The position numbers were made by a program, and so were the translations under genes. DNA of 64,000 bases from Raillietiella orientalis (taxonomy: Eukaryota): the NCBI GenBank assembly GCA_036172245.1, contig JAYWIR010000008.1:1922001-1986000 (forward strand), in the 5' to 3' direction. A model generated the notes under the pieces. The model made no database searches and had not been told where the DNA came from. It was given only the letters and a program-made list of their open reading frames with translations. Shown here in pieces: positions 12,601 through 25,576 of the stretch. Position 1 is the stretch's first letter. Every line of letters begins with the position of its first letter.

Positions 12601-15600
12601 TCACTTTCTCGATTAAGAGACCACTTTTAAGCCAGGAACTACCATCTGTCGGGATTCGTTATGAACTCCCACTAAAACAGCATCAAAATTTGCCTCCAGC
12701 AGAGCTAAACCTTCGTTGGCTTCGTAAAAGGCAAATTATCTTGAATCCACCAAAAAGAGGACAGCAGGCAGGAGACCTTGGACAGATCATTTGCGAAAAA
12801 TCCATCTACGTATCAGTGGCAAAAGTGATGTTATGATTTGCATCTCCCTTTTCGCAATCCATAATTATTGTAACAAAGCAAATTTTTCAGAAACCGAAAT
12901 GGCTCATTAGCGATTCCACCAGTCCCTGGATCCTGCAGAAGAACTCGGAACATAAGAATTAGCTTCGAAAGCAAGCTCCGGGAATTTGAGCACTAATGGC
13001 ACCAAGGCACAGAGCATGCCTGTAGTAGATAATCTTCTTTGTAACAAATGGACTTGTGTTAGGAGACCTTGTGTTGAGCAGACCTTATCAATCATTAACT
13101 CTACATAGCATTAAGTCGATCAAACCTTGCATTAATCATTAACTCTTTCTGACACCAAGCCAATCAGTCTCCGAGATCGCGAAGTTCACCCGCATGACAA
13201 GTTGAATTTACATCACTTTTCCCATCTTCAGCCATTTTTCTTGAAAGGCGTAGTTCCCCGATCCCAGATAGCAAGTCTGTCGATGAGAACTCCGGCACCT
13301 GAAAGAACTGCCTACTGACACCTCATCCAAGCATGGAGATACTTTCCCATTCACGCACCTCCTCTCAGTGCCTACATCAAGCAGCTGTTGATGCTTCAGC
13401 AGGTTTAGGGAGATCAGCCAAAATCTTTGTGAACTTCCACAAGGCCGTGTTCAGCTTTGCGCCTAAGTCGTCTATTGAGACATGCTTGGAACAACATCAG
13501 TCGAAGTGCAAAGGTGGATTGTGGACAACAGACAATCTGCCCTTGCTGGCTACTGCCATCTGTGACTGCTGCTGCATGTTCGAGACAGAGATGCAGCTTT
13601 TCTTCCGCACTTCTTTTCATGGAACTTTATTTTCCAACCCTTCAAGGCAGCTGTCGGATTCTTACTTCATGCTAATCATCGCGAAGGATGGAAACCTTCG
13701 AGTTTGCTACGATTCCTCACCGTTTTCCAGTATCTTGGTCACTTATCTAATGTAATGATGAGGCATGTGCACAAGCTAGGATTCTGCCAATAGTTGACTG
13801 GAAGGCACTGCACACAATCCAGATATTCCCAGCAACTTCTTTAGGTTGAATCATGGTTATCAGGAGGTTTCTTATTTGATTTTTTTATGTTTACTAGCAA
13901 GAACAAGGAAAAGTGGGAAGAGGGAACCTTACAAGAGAACCTGAGGACTTAATGAAGGGCTGAACACCAAAGGAAGATTGGTGTGCTGCCACGCATCAGG
14001 TGAAGGACCAATGCTGGTTTCCACGACAACCGGAACCCAACGGACCAATTATGACGAAGCGACGGTATGCCTTGCATAGCAACGACAGCTGGATTTACAA
14101 GCTTCTGTAATAAAGGATGCTTTATGATGAGCTTTCCGTGATGTCTAAGAATCTTGGAGCAAACACGACTTGAGATCTACGATGGTTTATGGGTTTCATC
14201 AGCAAGTTTCGTCACATTTACCTTCGCTTCTTCCGTTAGGTGTTTCCATGGCTTCGCAGGAATCTGAGTTTCCCCACGAGTTTTAAAAGCACCTGATGAT
14301 GCATGGCCAAAAGCACTCGCAAGATCTACTGCAGTGGTTGTAGAAGGAATCATGCCCTTGCAGAACTTGTCCGTTTACAATCGATTGCTATTATTCAAAC
14401 ACCAAATAGTTGTTTTACTCATTCGCTGATGGGCTTTGAGATTGTCCATTCTGTACTACTTGTCAATTCCGCCGTTTAGTATCTGCGCGACCTTTCACGT
14501 CTGCATTTATCCAAACTGCCTTGATCTTCAGCAGCAGTATAGCTGCTGGAGGTCACCAGTTTTCCGCAGATTCTCAGAGCATGAAGATTGCCCTCTGTGG
14601 TAGCAGCGACGACTACAGAATGGGTGTAGTTGTCTCTGTGTAATCGTCCCTGCGATATGACTTCGTCCTTGGAAAAGCGAACCCCGTCGTGACGTTCAAC
14701 GCACTCTGCTCATTCGAAATCACACAGGCAGTCTTCGAGAAGAACGAAAGGAAAAAACGGAAAATGTGGGGATTGAGCGATTTCTCCTCCGTTCTCAGGA
14801 ACCCGCGAGTCACTCCGCATGGCTGTCGCTCTGGTCATTGAGATCTTGGAATCTCAAAAAGAACGACGTTCTTGAAGAGCTGGAAATTCCAGGTCATATA
14901 CACAACCAGCCCAGCAAGATCAAAGCGAGGTGGTGGTGTCGTTCAACATCCAGCATAGCAAGAGGATCTCCCGGATGCATCTCCAAAAACGCAGCACATG
15001 CATTCGAAACGCCAAAAATACCTTTCGCCTCTCACAACGCCGAAGATTCTACCGAGAAGACCGGAAGAAGCAGCGAAAATTCCTAGTGCCGAACGCCAGG
15101 ATGCAGGTTCGGACCCTCGAGGCGAACCCCGAGAAATCGCTGGTTCCTTCGATTGCGCTCTTCCTGTCCTCGACTCGCATTGGGACCTTCCGCCTACCAC
15201 TGCCACGCTGCTTACCAGAAGTCTCGGATCGGTGCGTGGTAGAGTCGTGGTAGAGTAGTTTTGAGAGACTTCAGAAGGTGCCATCTGAATGACCCTTCAA
15301 TGTAGCCTTTCAGATTACCCCGAATAGCTACGTTCCGAGGTTGGAGGTCGGTGTACAAGGCCTCTTTTTACTTCTCCGTCGGGTGTTATCTTTCGTGGTG
15401 CACTCCAGGAAATGGAAGGTCGATTAGTCGACCGTGCACCTATCCGATGCGCATCGATGACCTGCTGCAAATCTAGATGTTTTCTTGTACCTGTGTATCC
15501 CAGCTATGCGGCTCATGTTTCAAAGAAGTTTCTGAAGTGTTTGAAATACTTCAGACACTCCATTCAAACAGCGTTCGCACTGTTTGATTTCAGGTGGGCT

Positions 15601-16329
15601 CGTCCACATGACATTCCGCCTCACACTTGTATGGCCAGCTTCTCCACCTCACTGGCTAAAGGATACTGATCAGTGAAGTTTACTTTCTCGATGGTTTCTT
15701 AGATCGGATGTTTGGGTTCCATCTTCGTGCAAGAGGAAAAGCTCTTATTGAAAAGCGATCTGCTTGTTTAGTTGCCCTTCAGTGTCGGCGCTCGCTCATA
15801 CCATTGCAATTTTTCTGTCCGTGATTCTTCATCGAGGACTGCAATGCCAAAGAGGTGCTTCCTGCTTCCAGTACTACTCCTCTCTCATGAAATACCGATA
15901 GCTCTGGAAAACAGGGAGAGCGTCCCAGATTTGTACCAGGCTCGAAGAAGCAGGAAGATCTTCTGCACCTAGCACCGTTCTTTAATCCAAGAAACGTCCA
16001 GATCCATTACTACAGCCGCCTCCCTGTTCCCTGGGACAAGAGGCAGGGGATGAGACCAGATGACCCCTGGAGGTCAGCACGACTCACCTCAGCAGGAGAA
16101 CGGTGTGACGGAGGCAGAATTCCTCTAGAAGACCAAGTTCCAGAATCTCTGTGAGCACCCGAGGTCCGAGAAACTGCAAAGTTTCGCGGGGATGCGAGAT
16201 TCCCTGCATGTATGCAATCCTCATGAAGCGCATGATGGTGGCGCGTTCCAACGCGTAGACAACTCAGACAGCAGACATAGGGCATACGGAACGCTCGAGC
16301 GATCCGTGGATCTCCTAGACGTGCGACAA

Positions 16330-17470
16330 ATCCTGGATCTTGCCAGCAAATGGGGCGAGTGACATGCCGCTCACAGAGCCCACTCGCAGTTGCGCAACAA
16401 TTCGAGAAGCCTCATGTCTGCCCTAACAGGCAAACAAGGACAGAGGGGAAACAACGATCCCACTTGGAAACATAAACAGGCACTGGTGAACACCCACCAT
16501 CTCAAAATAGTAAAGGAAATTCGGAGAGACAAACTGGTGAAGATCACTCCGTGCTCCCTGCGCGTCCCTTGGGACACCAGGAAGTGGATGTTCGACAGGA
16601 CAAGGATGACCATCAAGGACTACGAGCATTCGCAACCAACGGCGACTGCAAAAAGATGCGACTGTTTCGCCTCACGAGAAAGATGATGCGAAATTTACCC
16701 ACAAGTATCGAAAGCTCTGGACAAATCAGGAATCCAACTGCTGGCGATCAGGCGCCAGAAAAAACATCCGAGGAGTAGTGAAGAAGAATCCAAACGAGGA
16801 CGACGCTTCGTGCACGGCCACCAGTCGCTACGGATGCCTCCAGGTGAACCTGGTTGCGGTCGAGTCCACGGTCTGGACGAGCGATTTGCCACCCGACACT
16901 CAGGATGAGCTCCTGATGTTTTATCACGGAAGCATCCTGAGCGGCATGAGGACGAGTCACTGGTCAGGGAACGCGCAAAACGAGATGTGCAAGGCCTGTG
17001 GCTCCAGGGAAACCCAACTCCACGTGCTCACCTGCCCGACGCTGCGCCGGCACTGGGACAAGCTGAAGGAGGCGACAGGCCTGCAGAGGATGGACAAGAT
17101 GAAGATCCTGGCAGGGATGTTCGAAGGGAACGGCAACGTTCCTCGATACAACCCAATGGTCCGCATCAACATCGCCCTCTTCATCATGGGCATCGTGGTG
17201 AGGAGGGCAAAAATGCGGACCAGAATAAACAATATGCCGGCTGTGGAAATCCTCAAAGAATTATTGGAAAGGGAAACTGGGATTAGAAGCTGTGGACGTA
17301 TTCCCACTTGAACGTACTGTTACATCCTGCGAAGGATTCAGGAACATAGTCCAGTGAGTGAATTCTCCACGCAGTCACAGTGACTGGATGCGCGAAGACT
17401 GACCCTGAAAGTGAAAACTGAAAACCAGTGACGTTACAGAACACTTGTATGAATGAAGGTTGGAAATAAA
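16330..17470 (+). mobile_element. L1/Tx1-clade LINE 3' portion with zf-RVT-like domain and polyA signal
   Basis: ORF 16778-17311 carries CKACGSRETQLHVLTCPTLRRHW, the CxxC-x7-H-x3-C zinc finger found after the RT of L1-clade ORF2. The upstream frames are broken. AATAAA at 17465-17470. Confidence 0.75.
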
Positions 17471-18429
17471 TTCACCTCACCGCAAGTCGGACTAGAGAAA
17501 ATCGAGACGTAGATGCGGGGTAGGACGAGGAAGGAGGTGCTGAATGCGGAAATTTCACCAGGAAACCACGAACTGGCGTGTCCGAGGCTGGTGATGAAGT
17601 GACTGAAAAGGCTTCATTGACGTCAAGAACGTGTCTGCCGTGGTAAACGACCATCCTCTTCTCTTGATATGTGGAAACAAAACCACCCAAACCCATCTGG
17701 AAATTACGTATTCCAGCGCCAGCTGGAATACCACTGCGTTGTATCATCACACAGAATCACGTTCTTGCACTCAATAAAGTTACGCAAACTGCCCCGAAAT
17801 TTATACCGACAGCAAGGTTTGCTGAAGTCATGAAAGCTGCCCAAGAATCAAATTCACACTGTTGAGCCCTCGATGAGGATGTAGAGGGTTGAACAGTTGA
17901 ACCCTTTACATATTTATTAGAAGTTCAGGAGCACACATACAAAAAAAAAAAAAAACATGAAGGGTGCTATTGTTCATCGTACCAAAAGTTTGTGCCTTGG
18001 CTTAGTTTACCATGGATGATAGGTCAGGTAGTTCGTTCATGACGTTCGTTCTTCCATCGCAGTCGATATTGTGCAGTGAACTCGGATGTTTTGCAAATGG
18101 TCCAGCGCGGAAGATCTAAAACAATGCGTGCTTCTCGCCTACTACATGAAACTTACAGAAAGATCCGAACGGTTTGACGAGTGTCTGGAATTCCCTAGCT
18201 CTCAAGTTCTTCGCACAGCATGGACTCTTGACCGCCAGGCCGGACCGGGCCGCGGCCGTGCACCAGTCGCAAATCGTTGCTCAGTGGAGTAGCACCGCGG
18301 GACGACCGGACCCCACCCATGACGCATAACTCAGCAAGATGGCTCCACCTCCTTGCTCCTTCAAGGAGGATACCATCCGGATTGCGGGAAGGTTATGGGA
18401 GAAACGCAGCAGCACAGAAACCCGGCGCC

Positions 18430-18665
18430 CTATTTCCTCCATTTCCCGGAGACAACAACTGTTCGCTCCCGGTGTTTAACTGCACAGCGTATACATTTAT
18501 TTATTTATCTTTACCGCTTGTTGCCCGAAGCATCTCATCTGCGAGCTCCTTTCTCTTGGCCACTGACCTTGGTGTCGGCGCTCCTCGGCTCGTTGCTCTG
18601 AGGCAAGTGGGTGCTTGTTCATCTGCTTTGAACAAACGTCCTGGAGTGACCGGGTTCAAAACAAC
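18430..18665 (+). mobile_element. Isolated LINE 3'UTR/terminal hairpin (same family as 6200-6695 and 60900-62110)
   Basis: cttgttcatctgctttgaacaaacgtcctggagtgaccgggttcaaaac matches cttgtttg...tttggaacaggcgccccggagtgaccgggtgaaaaac at 6641-6693. Confidence 0.5.
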
Positions 18666-19129
18666 CCCTAAATGCAGCACCAGAACATTGTTGCAGAGGT
18701 CGAGGGTACAAACGGAGTGTGATTTGTGCATTGGTGCAGAGAACGTGTGACTAAGCCGAGACACCTGAAATCTCCCACCGGGAAAATTGTCGACCATGAC
18801 GGAAAATTTCAGAACGATCGTTGCGATTCCTTCGAACGAGCATCAGATGTACCCACCGTCGACCAGAGGAATCTCTTGGACTCGGCGACGAACATATCAT
18901 TTTTGCGAGGATTCGCAAAAAGAAGCGAAGAAAGTGTTTCCGCAAAGATCATTCATTGTTCCTGCTACTCTGTCGGACTGCGTCCCCGTCCCTCCAGCGA
19001 CCTGCTCCTAGCACACGCCCTATGGTCAAGGTTTCCTGGCTCCAAACTGCATCCTTGAGGAGTCAACGTGCTCTTAGTCAATATGCAAAAATATTTGAAG
19101 GCTAAAGGCCCTAAGAAATTCCTATTCCG

Positions 19130-22100
19130 GCTTAAACATATTTCACTTGAAGTTTCTTTTCATGTGCATGTTCTTCGGTAATTATGTGATAAAACTGGGC
19201 GAGTCCTGAATGTATGCAGAGGGAACATTCAAAAACAATAGAAAATATCAACTGATGATAACAGGGGTCAAACTCTGTGCATCTCCAATGCTATGAAATA
19301 AAGAGAAAGAAAGGTGTTGAAAACTATGAATCATAACCATGATTGAAACAGCAAATTATAAGACTTTAAATTCTAATAGAGATGAGATTATTAACTTGGT
19401 TGTTGCCTTGCTAAAGGCAAAAACGAATGTATAAAAAATACTTAAGGGGTTTATTTAAGGGGTTTTTGAAACTCATAAGCACTCCATTGGTATGTATTTA
19501 TTTATCCATACATTTGAATCAACAAAGTCATGTATGTCGTCCAGGATTTATAATTTCTTAACCTAAGATGCTTCAAAGGTGAACTTTTACAACAGGAATG
19601 CATATCTGACTACTATTAAAACTACTAAAACTCTCCACATTCCCATTGGGCATGGGTCAGCATACTGAAGTTTAGGGCATTTCTGGGGTGAGTAATTACT
19701 GTAACTCTTGATGCTCTGGTTTGGTTTGTCAAGTGAAAATTCGAAAACTATAAGATAGTATTCCAAGTCTTTCATCAACAAAATTAAAATGCACTTAGTT
19801 ATCAAATAAAAAGTGTACTCCTGCCTTTCTATAAACATCATACAAACAAATAAGGACCTGATCATGACTCTTAAGGTTGACATCCAAACATAGAACAGAT
19901 AAAATTTTAGGTACACTTCGGAGGAAAATAATTTACCTTTTGGATATAAGAGAGACTACTAGATGAGTCTAACAGGGTATCAGACAAGACCAATAGAGTT
20001 CATAATTCCTTATAGGATAAAATATGAAATAAAATAAAATGAATGAGATAAACTGCAACTGCTGCAGTAATCAAGCATAGCACACATAAAAAACTTCCAA
20101 TCCTCAAACAATGATCATTCTGATGCTTGCATGTCATGAAAATTAATGAAATCAATGAAGTAAAGGGATAAATGCTGGCCTGATAAATTCCTAGACTGCA
20201 TAATACTTAGCTCATGTTTTCAGTTTCTCTATAATTAATAAAAGGATGTGAAAAATTGAACACATAAAGGAAATGCACCAAAGTATGAAGAAATTTCGGG
20301 AATACAAAGGTATGAATCCTCTACCATTGTTGAACATTTCGTAGCAAACACCAAACCATTGCACATTCAACACTGTTAGATCACTAAATAGATTTCTACA
20401 ATGGCATTCAGAAATTTAAAGTACCATCAAATTGTAGGTCAGAGAAGCGAACTTCGTCATTCCTCAGAACAATTCTAAGGTTAGTTATAATGACGAAATT
20501 TTTCTCAGAATAATGCACCTGTTGTTGATGTTTTTACCTAAAAGAGTCAATGGATACACACAATGGATTTATCGCATGTAGTTATCCAGACTGCCATTAA
20601 AGGATGTCACATGCCAACTCCAAGGGAGTGGAAGCATTAACATCAAAAATATTTTGATGAAAATTTGAAGAATCATGAAGTACTTTCAATATTAAAGATA
20701 TCATATTGAAACTCAATACCACACTGGCACTTCATACCATGTTTCTCATGAAATATGTATATCTTTATTTATACGTTTTCCATATGATTGTAGTTTTTGT
20801 CTACGGAAAGCTATATAAGGCTTAAATGTTTTTTTAATGTTGTCAAACTTGAGTGCATCTCAGAACACAGAAAAACTAAATTTGCATAACTTCTGAGAAT
20901 CTCCCCTATTGGATATAGCTCTGATGAATACTGGGACATTGATATCTCACATATACAACTTCCTCAACTCCACAAAAGCTTGTTATATTTCCATATGAAT
21001 GGGCAGAGACACTTGACCAGCATGTACATGTTTCACACGTCCTCTTTGGCAAAGCTGATTGTTTCTATATCATATCAGTCCAGCTTTGTTGCAGTCCCAA
21101 TGCTTATTTCTTAAATGCTTTCTTCTTACCATTTTTTTCCATTGAAGTTTCTGTATTTCTGTACATCAAACCACCTCCTTTCACAACCCTGCATCTGTTC
21201 ACTTATTACTTCAAGTGGGAACTTCATTTAACCATTAAGGCTCCCTTACATACTCGGTACAGCATGCAAAACTCCAAAAAATAGTACGCTGCACATCTCC
21301 ATTATGATAAATTTCCAACTTTTCGTTTCGAAATTCGGAATATTACTGCCTTACTAAATTGATTTTTCGAAAATTGATTTATAAATGCGAGTCAGAAGCA
21401 TGGGCATTTGCCCATGCTTCTGACTGAAATATTGAAATATAATCTCTGATTGAAATATAATCTCTTGGAAAAAACAAAGTTTATTAACTTTCACAAGGTG
21501 AATGTTATCAAACCAGACTGACGAAAAGTATGAATTTTGTTAACGTATTTGTACATGAAAAACCTGAATTGCAAGTGAACCAACCATACTTACGGGAACC
21601 CTTGAGTTACAAAATATTGACGATCATAAGGGCAAAAGCTAGAATTAAAATGCGTGAAATTATTGTTGGTTTTCATTTAACTGATAAATTATTAATTAGC
21701 TTGACAAAAGTTTCCCTAAACCATCGCACTTTCTGGAAATAAAATCCAGAAAACCCTGTAACAAGATTACCAAGCTCTGAGCTCCTAAAACCAATTCTTA
21801 CGATGTTTCTGCATTTACTAGACACATGAGTCTCAAATATATTATATATTGTATTTCCAGAAACACAAACAAATATTTACGCATATTTAATATTGCATCA
21901 GTTTCTAGTATTATGTGAATGCAAACAAAATTCAGTTATTGGCTTACGACTAAAATGAGTTTTTAATAACCATAAGCTCTTCATTCATTTGGTTAAAGTT
22001 TTTTGAATCTGAGCTAATACCAGAATTATTTTGCAATTACTAATTTTTGCAACAATGTAACGTAAAAACTTGGTACAATATACACGAAACCATTTCCTTA

Positions 22101-23990
22101 GATTTCGTATATAATTGCAAACCAATATTCTTTATCAGACAGCAAAGACAGAATAGACTATAAAAATGGACTGAGATTTCGTTGTTTATACGTGTGATAT
22201 GGAATTGATATTATTTTAACTTCTGTTGCGCTAAATAATAAGTTTAGTTTTGATACACAATCATTCTTATTGTCATTTGAAGGCAGAGAATCTTTCTAAG
22301 CTCTACTTCATGATTTTTAAGGGATTCTCGTATCATTTGTGCTGCTTATACCGCAGACATGGGTAAAATCAATTAAGTAATCAATTATGTGATTACAAGG
22401 AAATAACATGATGAGAATAATAACTACTAATAATAATATATCTAACACAAGATGACTGAATGAAAGTAATGCCAGTAGACTAAACAAATTCTATACTGGA
22501 TTTGAATTGCAAGTGCCAGGAACTAGATATGTTAGATCTGATTCCAAATACAGGATGATTTATCAAAACTTGTTAATTATCTCTTAAAAGTGTTACCAAT
22601 TCATGTCTAAATAAAGAAGAATCTTAATCGATGAAATAATCGTTAGTTTTCTGTATCTCTCTAATAAGGCCATTATTTTTTCTTGCCAAGAATTCACCTG
22701 GTAAAAACTGTTTGAGTGTGATATGGGAGCGCTACCGTGAAAGAGTTGAGTTATGTTTAAAATATCACAAGGTACTATGGAAACATTTTTTTCCCTGTGA
22801 AACATATTTGCTCAGAAAGAGAAAGTCTCACTGTAGCCACTTTTCATGATCTGCGTGGCGTTGCAAGATAGAAAAAAGACCTGCTGAACATTCTTCAGGA
22901 GTCTGATAAATAAGTCCACTTGATATTTTACAGAGTCACGAAACATCAGAAATGAAAAAACTCATTTCTCAACTGCACGTTTGAATTGTACTCTTGAGAT
23001 CCAACGTTTTAATGTTTCCATTTGTTTTCGTTATTTCCAAATAAATTAATGATCCGCCTTTTCACATTAAATATTATTGACTCGTTAATGATTTCCATAA
23101 TTCATGCGTATTTTTCGTGTGTTTTGTTCGGTGATGAGACTATGCAAAAAGTTTTGCTACTATTTTCCATGATGGGTACAATGACTTTCTCACGGATTTA
23201 TGAAATTCTGTCGTTAACGCTCTAAAGTTGATAGAAAATCTTTCAAGAGCGAAAGATGAATTAGGAAATTATTTGATTTGATGATAAATACAGACTGAAG
23301 AAGCTTTTGCTTGTGTGAAATTTGTGCCAAGACTTCAACAGCCAGCGTAATGGAACGACGTTTCTTTTCCCAAAGTTGAAACACACTGCAGTATGCTGAT
23401 TCCAATATAATCTGCTAAACACTCGTTTTGCTGACTTAGAGAAATCATTGCAAGTAAATGAAAATCCCCATGTCTGATTACGTTGTCGTGATAATGAACA
23501 TGTCTAACTACCTAGTTAATTTCTAAGCAACTCTATCTGTGGACACTGTTTTGAGATGCACACTCCCTGGTTAAATATTTCATAACACTTAGTATGCCTG
23601 TTGTCATCTACTGAATCCATAGTTGGAATTAATTTGTTCTATAGCAAAGTGAATGCCCATAGGTCTTAATGAATAATAATATTCCATTTTTTTCCTACAA
23701 TACTCTCATATCATTCGTATTATCCCCAGAGTCCTACTGCTCCCTTCGCCGTTTTGTTGCCTGGTTGGAGCTTCCAGTTTGTCCTCTAAAAGCAAACTGG
23801 TTTTCTCGAATCTTTTAAGTTGCCATGGATTGTATTTTCACTGTGTCATATTTCCAGACTATTATCTGTTTATGTGGGACTTTACATGGAAAAAAATCCA
23901 ATAACCTGGAGTGTTGCAAGCATCAAACCTGAGCACTCTGCATTTCGTTCCATTCGCGCGAGACCTCAGAAGCATTTTCGTGCTCGACCA
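19130..23990 (-). other. Candidate spliced transcription unit divergent from ARL3 (product unidentified)
   Basis: Several short minus-strand AG..GT-bounded segments with strong donors (21638-21594 gtaagt; 21188-21130 gtaaga; 21054-20951 gtgaga) chain in frame (FCPYDRQYFVTQGFP|VVKGGGLMYRNTETSMEKN|ALPKRTCETCTCWSS...). No full ORF or family could be established. Confidence 0.25.
21390..21425. repeat. Perfect inverted repeat (17-bp arms, 2-nt spacer)
   Basis: agtcagaagcatgggca-tt-tgcccatgcttctgact, immediately followed by a direct duplication of attgaaatataatctct. Confidence 0.9.
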
Positions 23991-24030
23991 TGAGTCGTGT
24001 GTTGGCGTAGCTGTCCGTTCGTGCAATGGT
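23930..24030. promoter_or_regulatory. CpG-retaining promoter/5'UTR patch at the ARL3 start, possibly bidirectional
   Basis: Local cluster of CpGs (ttcgcgcgag, ttcgtgctcgac, gtcgtg, ccgttcgtg) just before the ARL3 ATG, inside an otherwise CpG-poor AT-rich island. Confidence 0.45.
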
Positions 24031-25208
24031 AGGGAATGAATCTTACTGGCTTCAGTTTTGTTGGGTTTCCTTACTGATTAACTCTGAGTCTCTGGAAAAT
24101 TCTTAAATTGCACACTTTTATCGAAATGCAGTGTGTATTTAACGTGTTCCGATTTTTTGATTTGGGCTGTATTTTCTTTTTTATAAGTTTTATCTATGGT
24201 GTTGGTGTGTTGGAAAGTTTTGCTTCGCTGTGTAACTATGTATCAGCATTTCGAAGTAAATTGCTATGTTGTCGTGAGATGTTGAACAATGTTTCGACAT
24301 TAAAAATAAATTACAGCTTTATTTAATTTAGGGTTTATTATCTTTGCTGAGGAAACTAAAATCGGCCTCGTCCAAAGAAATACGGATACTTTTACTTGGT
24401 TTGGATAATGCTGGAAAAACGACACTGCTTAAAAAATTAGCTACAGAAGATATCACTACTGTTACTCCTACGCAAGGATTCAACATAAAATCTGTGCAAG
24501 CCGAGAATTTTAAATTAAACGTATGGGACATTGGTGGACAGAGAAAAATAAGACCTTACTGGAGGAATTACTTTGAAAACACAGATGTTCTGGTAAATTT
24601 TCAGAGTTTCCATCTAAAGCATAAGACAATTTATGTTTTATGGAATGTTCTTTTCTTATCTTTATTTTCTTATAAGATGTATGTGATTGATAGTTCTGAC
24701 AGGAGAAGGTTTGAGGAAACAACAGAAGAATTAAGTGAGCTTTTGATGGAAGAGAAGTTAGATGGTGTTCCCTTGCTAGTTTTTGCAAACAAACAAGATC
24801 TCCTTGCTGCTACTCCTGCTTCTGAAATAGCACAACACCTGAATCTTCATAGGCTCAGAGATAGGGCATGGCAGATCCAGGCCTGCTCTGCACTTACTGG
24901 AGAAGGAATCAGGGTATTTTTTCATTCTTTTTTTTTTTTTTTTTTTTTGGTTGTTTTGTTTGGAATTTTGTGGTTGCAAATAGCTAAACAACCTATGCAA
25001 GTATGCAAACAAGTAACTAGCAAACAGTGATGCAAGTGTTTCAGCATATGTTTTGATTAGATTCAATCATAAAGTTGAATCTAATCAAAAGTATCTGGTT
25101 TAGTCTTGATGTGTTTTCATCTGTTTACTGCAAACATTGGTTTTCTTCCGTATTTTTTAGGCTGGTGTTGAATGGGTCACCAAAAATTTGAAGCATTCTA
25201 AGAAGTAA
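24026..25208 (+). CDS. ARL3: ADP-ribosylation factor-like protein 3 (Arf-family small GTPase); join(24026..24028,24332..24592,24677..24913,25161..25208), 182 aa
   Basis: Spliced product [32 protein letters not shown]...[11 protein letters not shown]...[31 protein letters not shown]...FANKQDL...[28 protein letters not shown]1 (GLDNAGKT), G3 (DIGGQ), G4 (NKQD) and G5 (CSA) motifs are intact. All introns are GT-AG and phase 0. The ATG-only first coding exon, Gly2 and the 182-aa length match known ARL3. Confidence 0.96.
25051..25090. repeat. Perfect 16-bp stem-loop in ARL3 intron 3
   Basis: ttttgattagattcaa-tcataaag-ttgaatctaatcaaaa. Confidence 0.9.
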
Positions 25209-25570
25209 CATTTGAATGGAAGGACCTGACTATTGGGCATGAATGTATGCACTCAAAAAATATTGCATTGTCAAGTACCTGCACACAAGTTCACAAACAT
25301 ATCTCATTATTATTGTCTTCATTATGAAACATGAGAGCTTTCCAGCAAACTAGATTTATGTGATATTTATACACTTACTTTTGATATGACATAAAATATA
25401 TTTCTCTGTGTACAATTCCTTATATCCTGAAATTTTTCATATTTTTAGATGTTTTTGCAAATAGTTGACCTTTGCTTATAACATGTAAATTCAGTGCTTT
25501 CAGTGACATTTCATTTTTTATTTACGTCTTGGTACATGTTTATTTTCACACATCCAGATCGGTGCATTGA

Positions 25571-25576
25571 AATAAA
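25571..25576 (+). terminator. Probable polyadenylation signal of ARL3 (AATAAA)
   Basis: AATAAA about 360 nt after the ARL3 stop codon, followed by T/GT-rich sequence. Confidence 0.5.

Noticed and set aside
1600..15900. Numerous 60-230 aa ORFs from the six-frame track
   Set aside because: Overlapping on both strands with Arg/Ser/Pro-rich shadow composition typical of GC-rich non-coding or decayed DNA; no family recognisable.
22408..22459. ATGATGA...CTGA as a C/D box snoRNA
   Set aside because: Only ~52 nt, low-complexity AT-rich interior, no convincing terminal stem or guide.
24344..25030. 228-aa single-exon ORF as the ARL3 protein
   Set aside because: It reads through introns 2 and 3; the spliced 182-aa model restores the canonical sequence.
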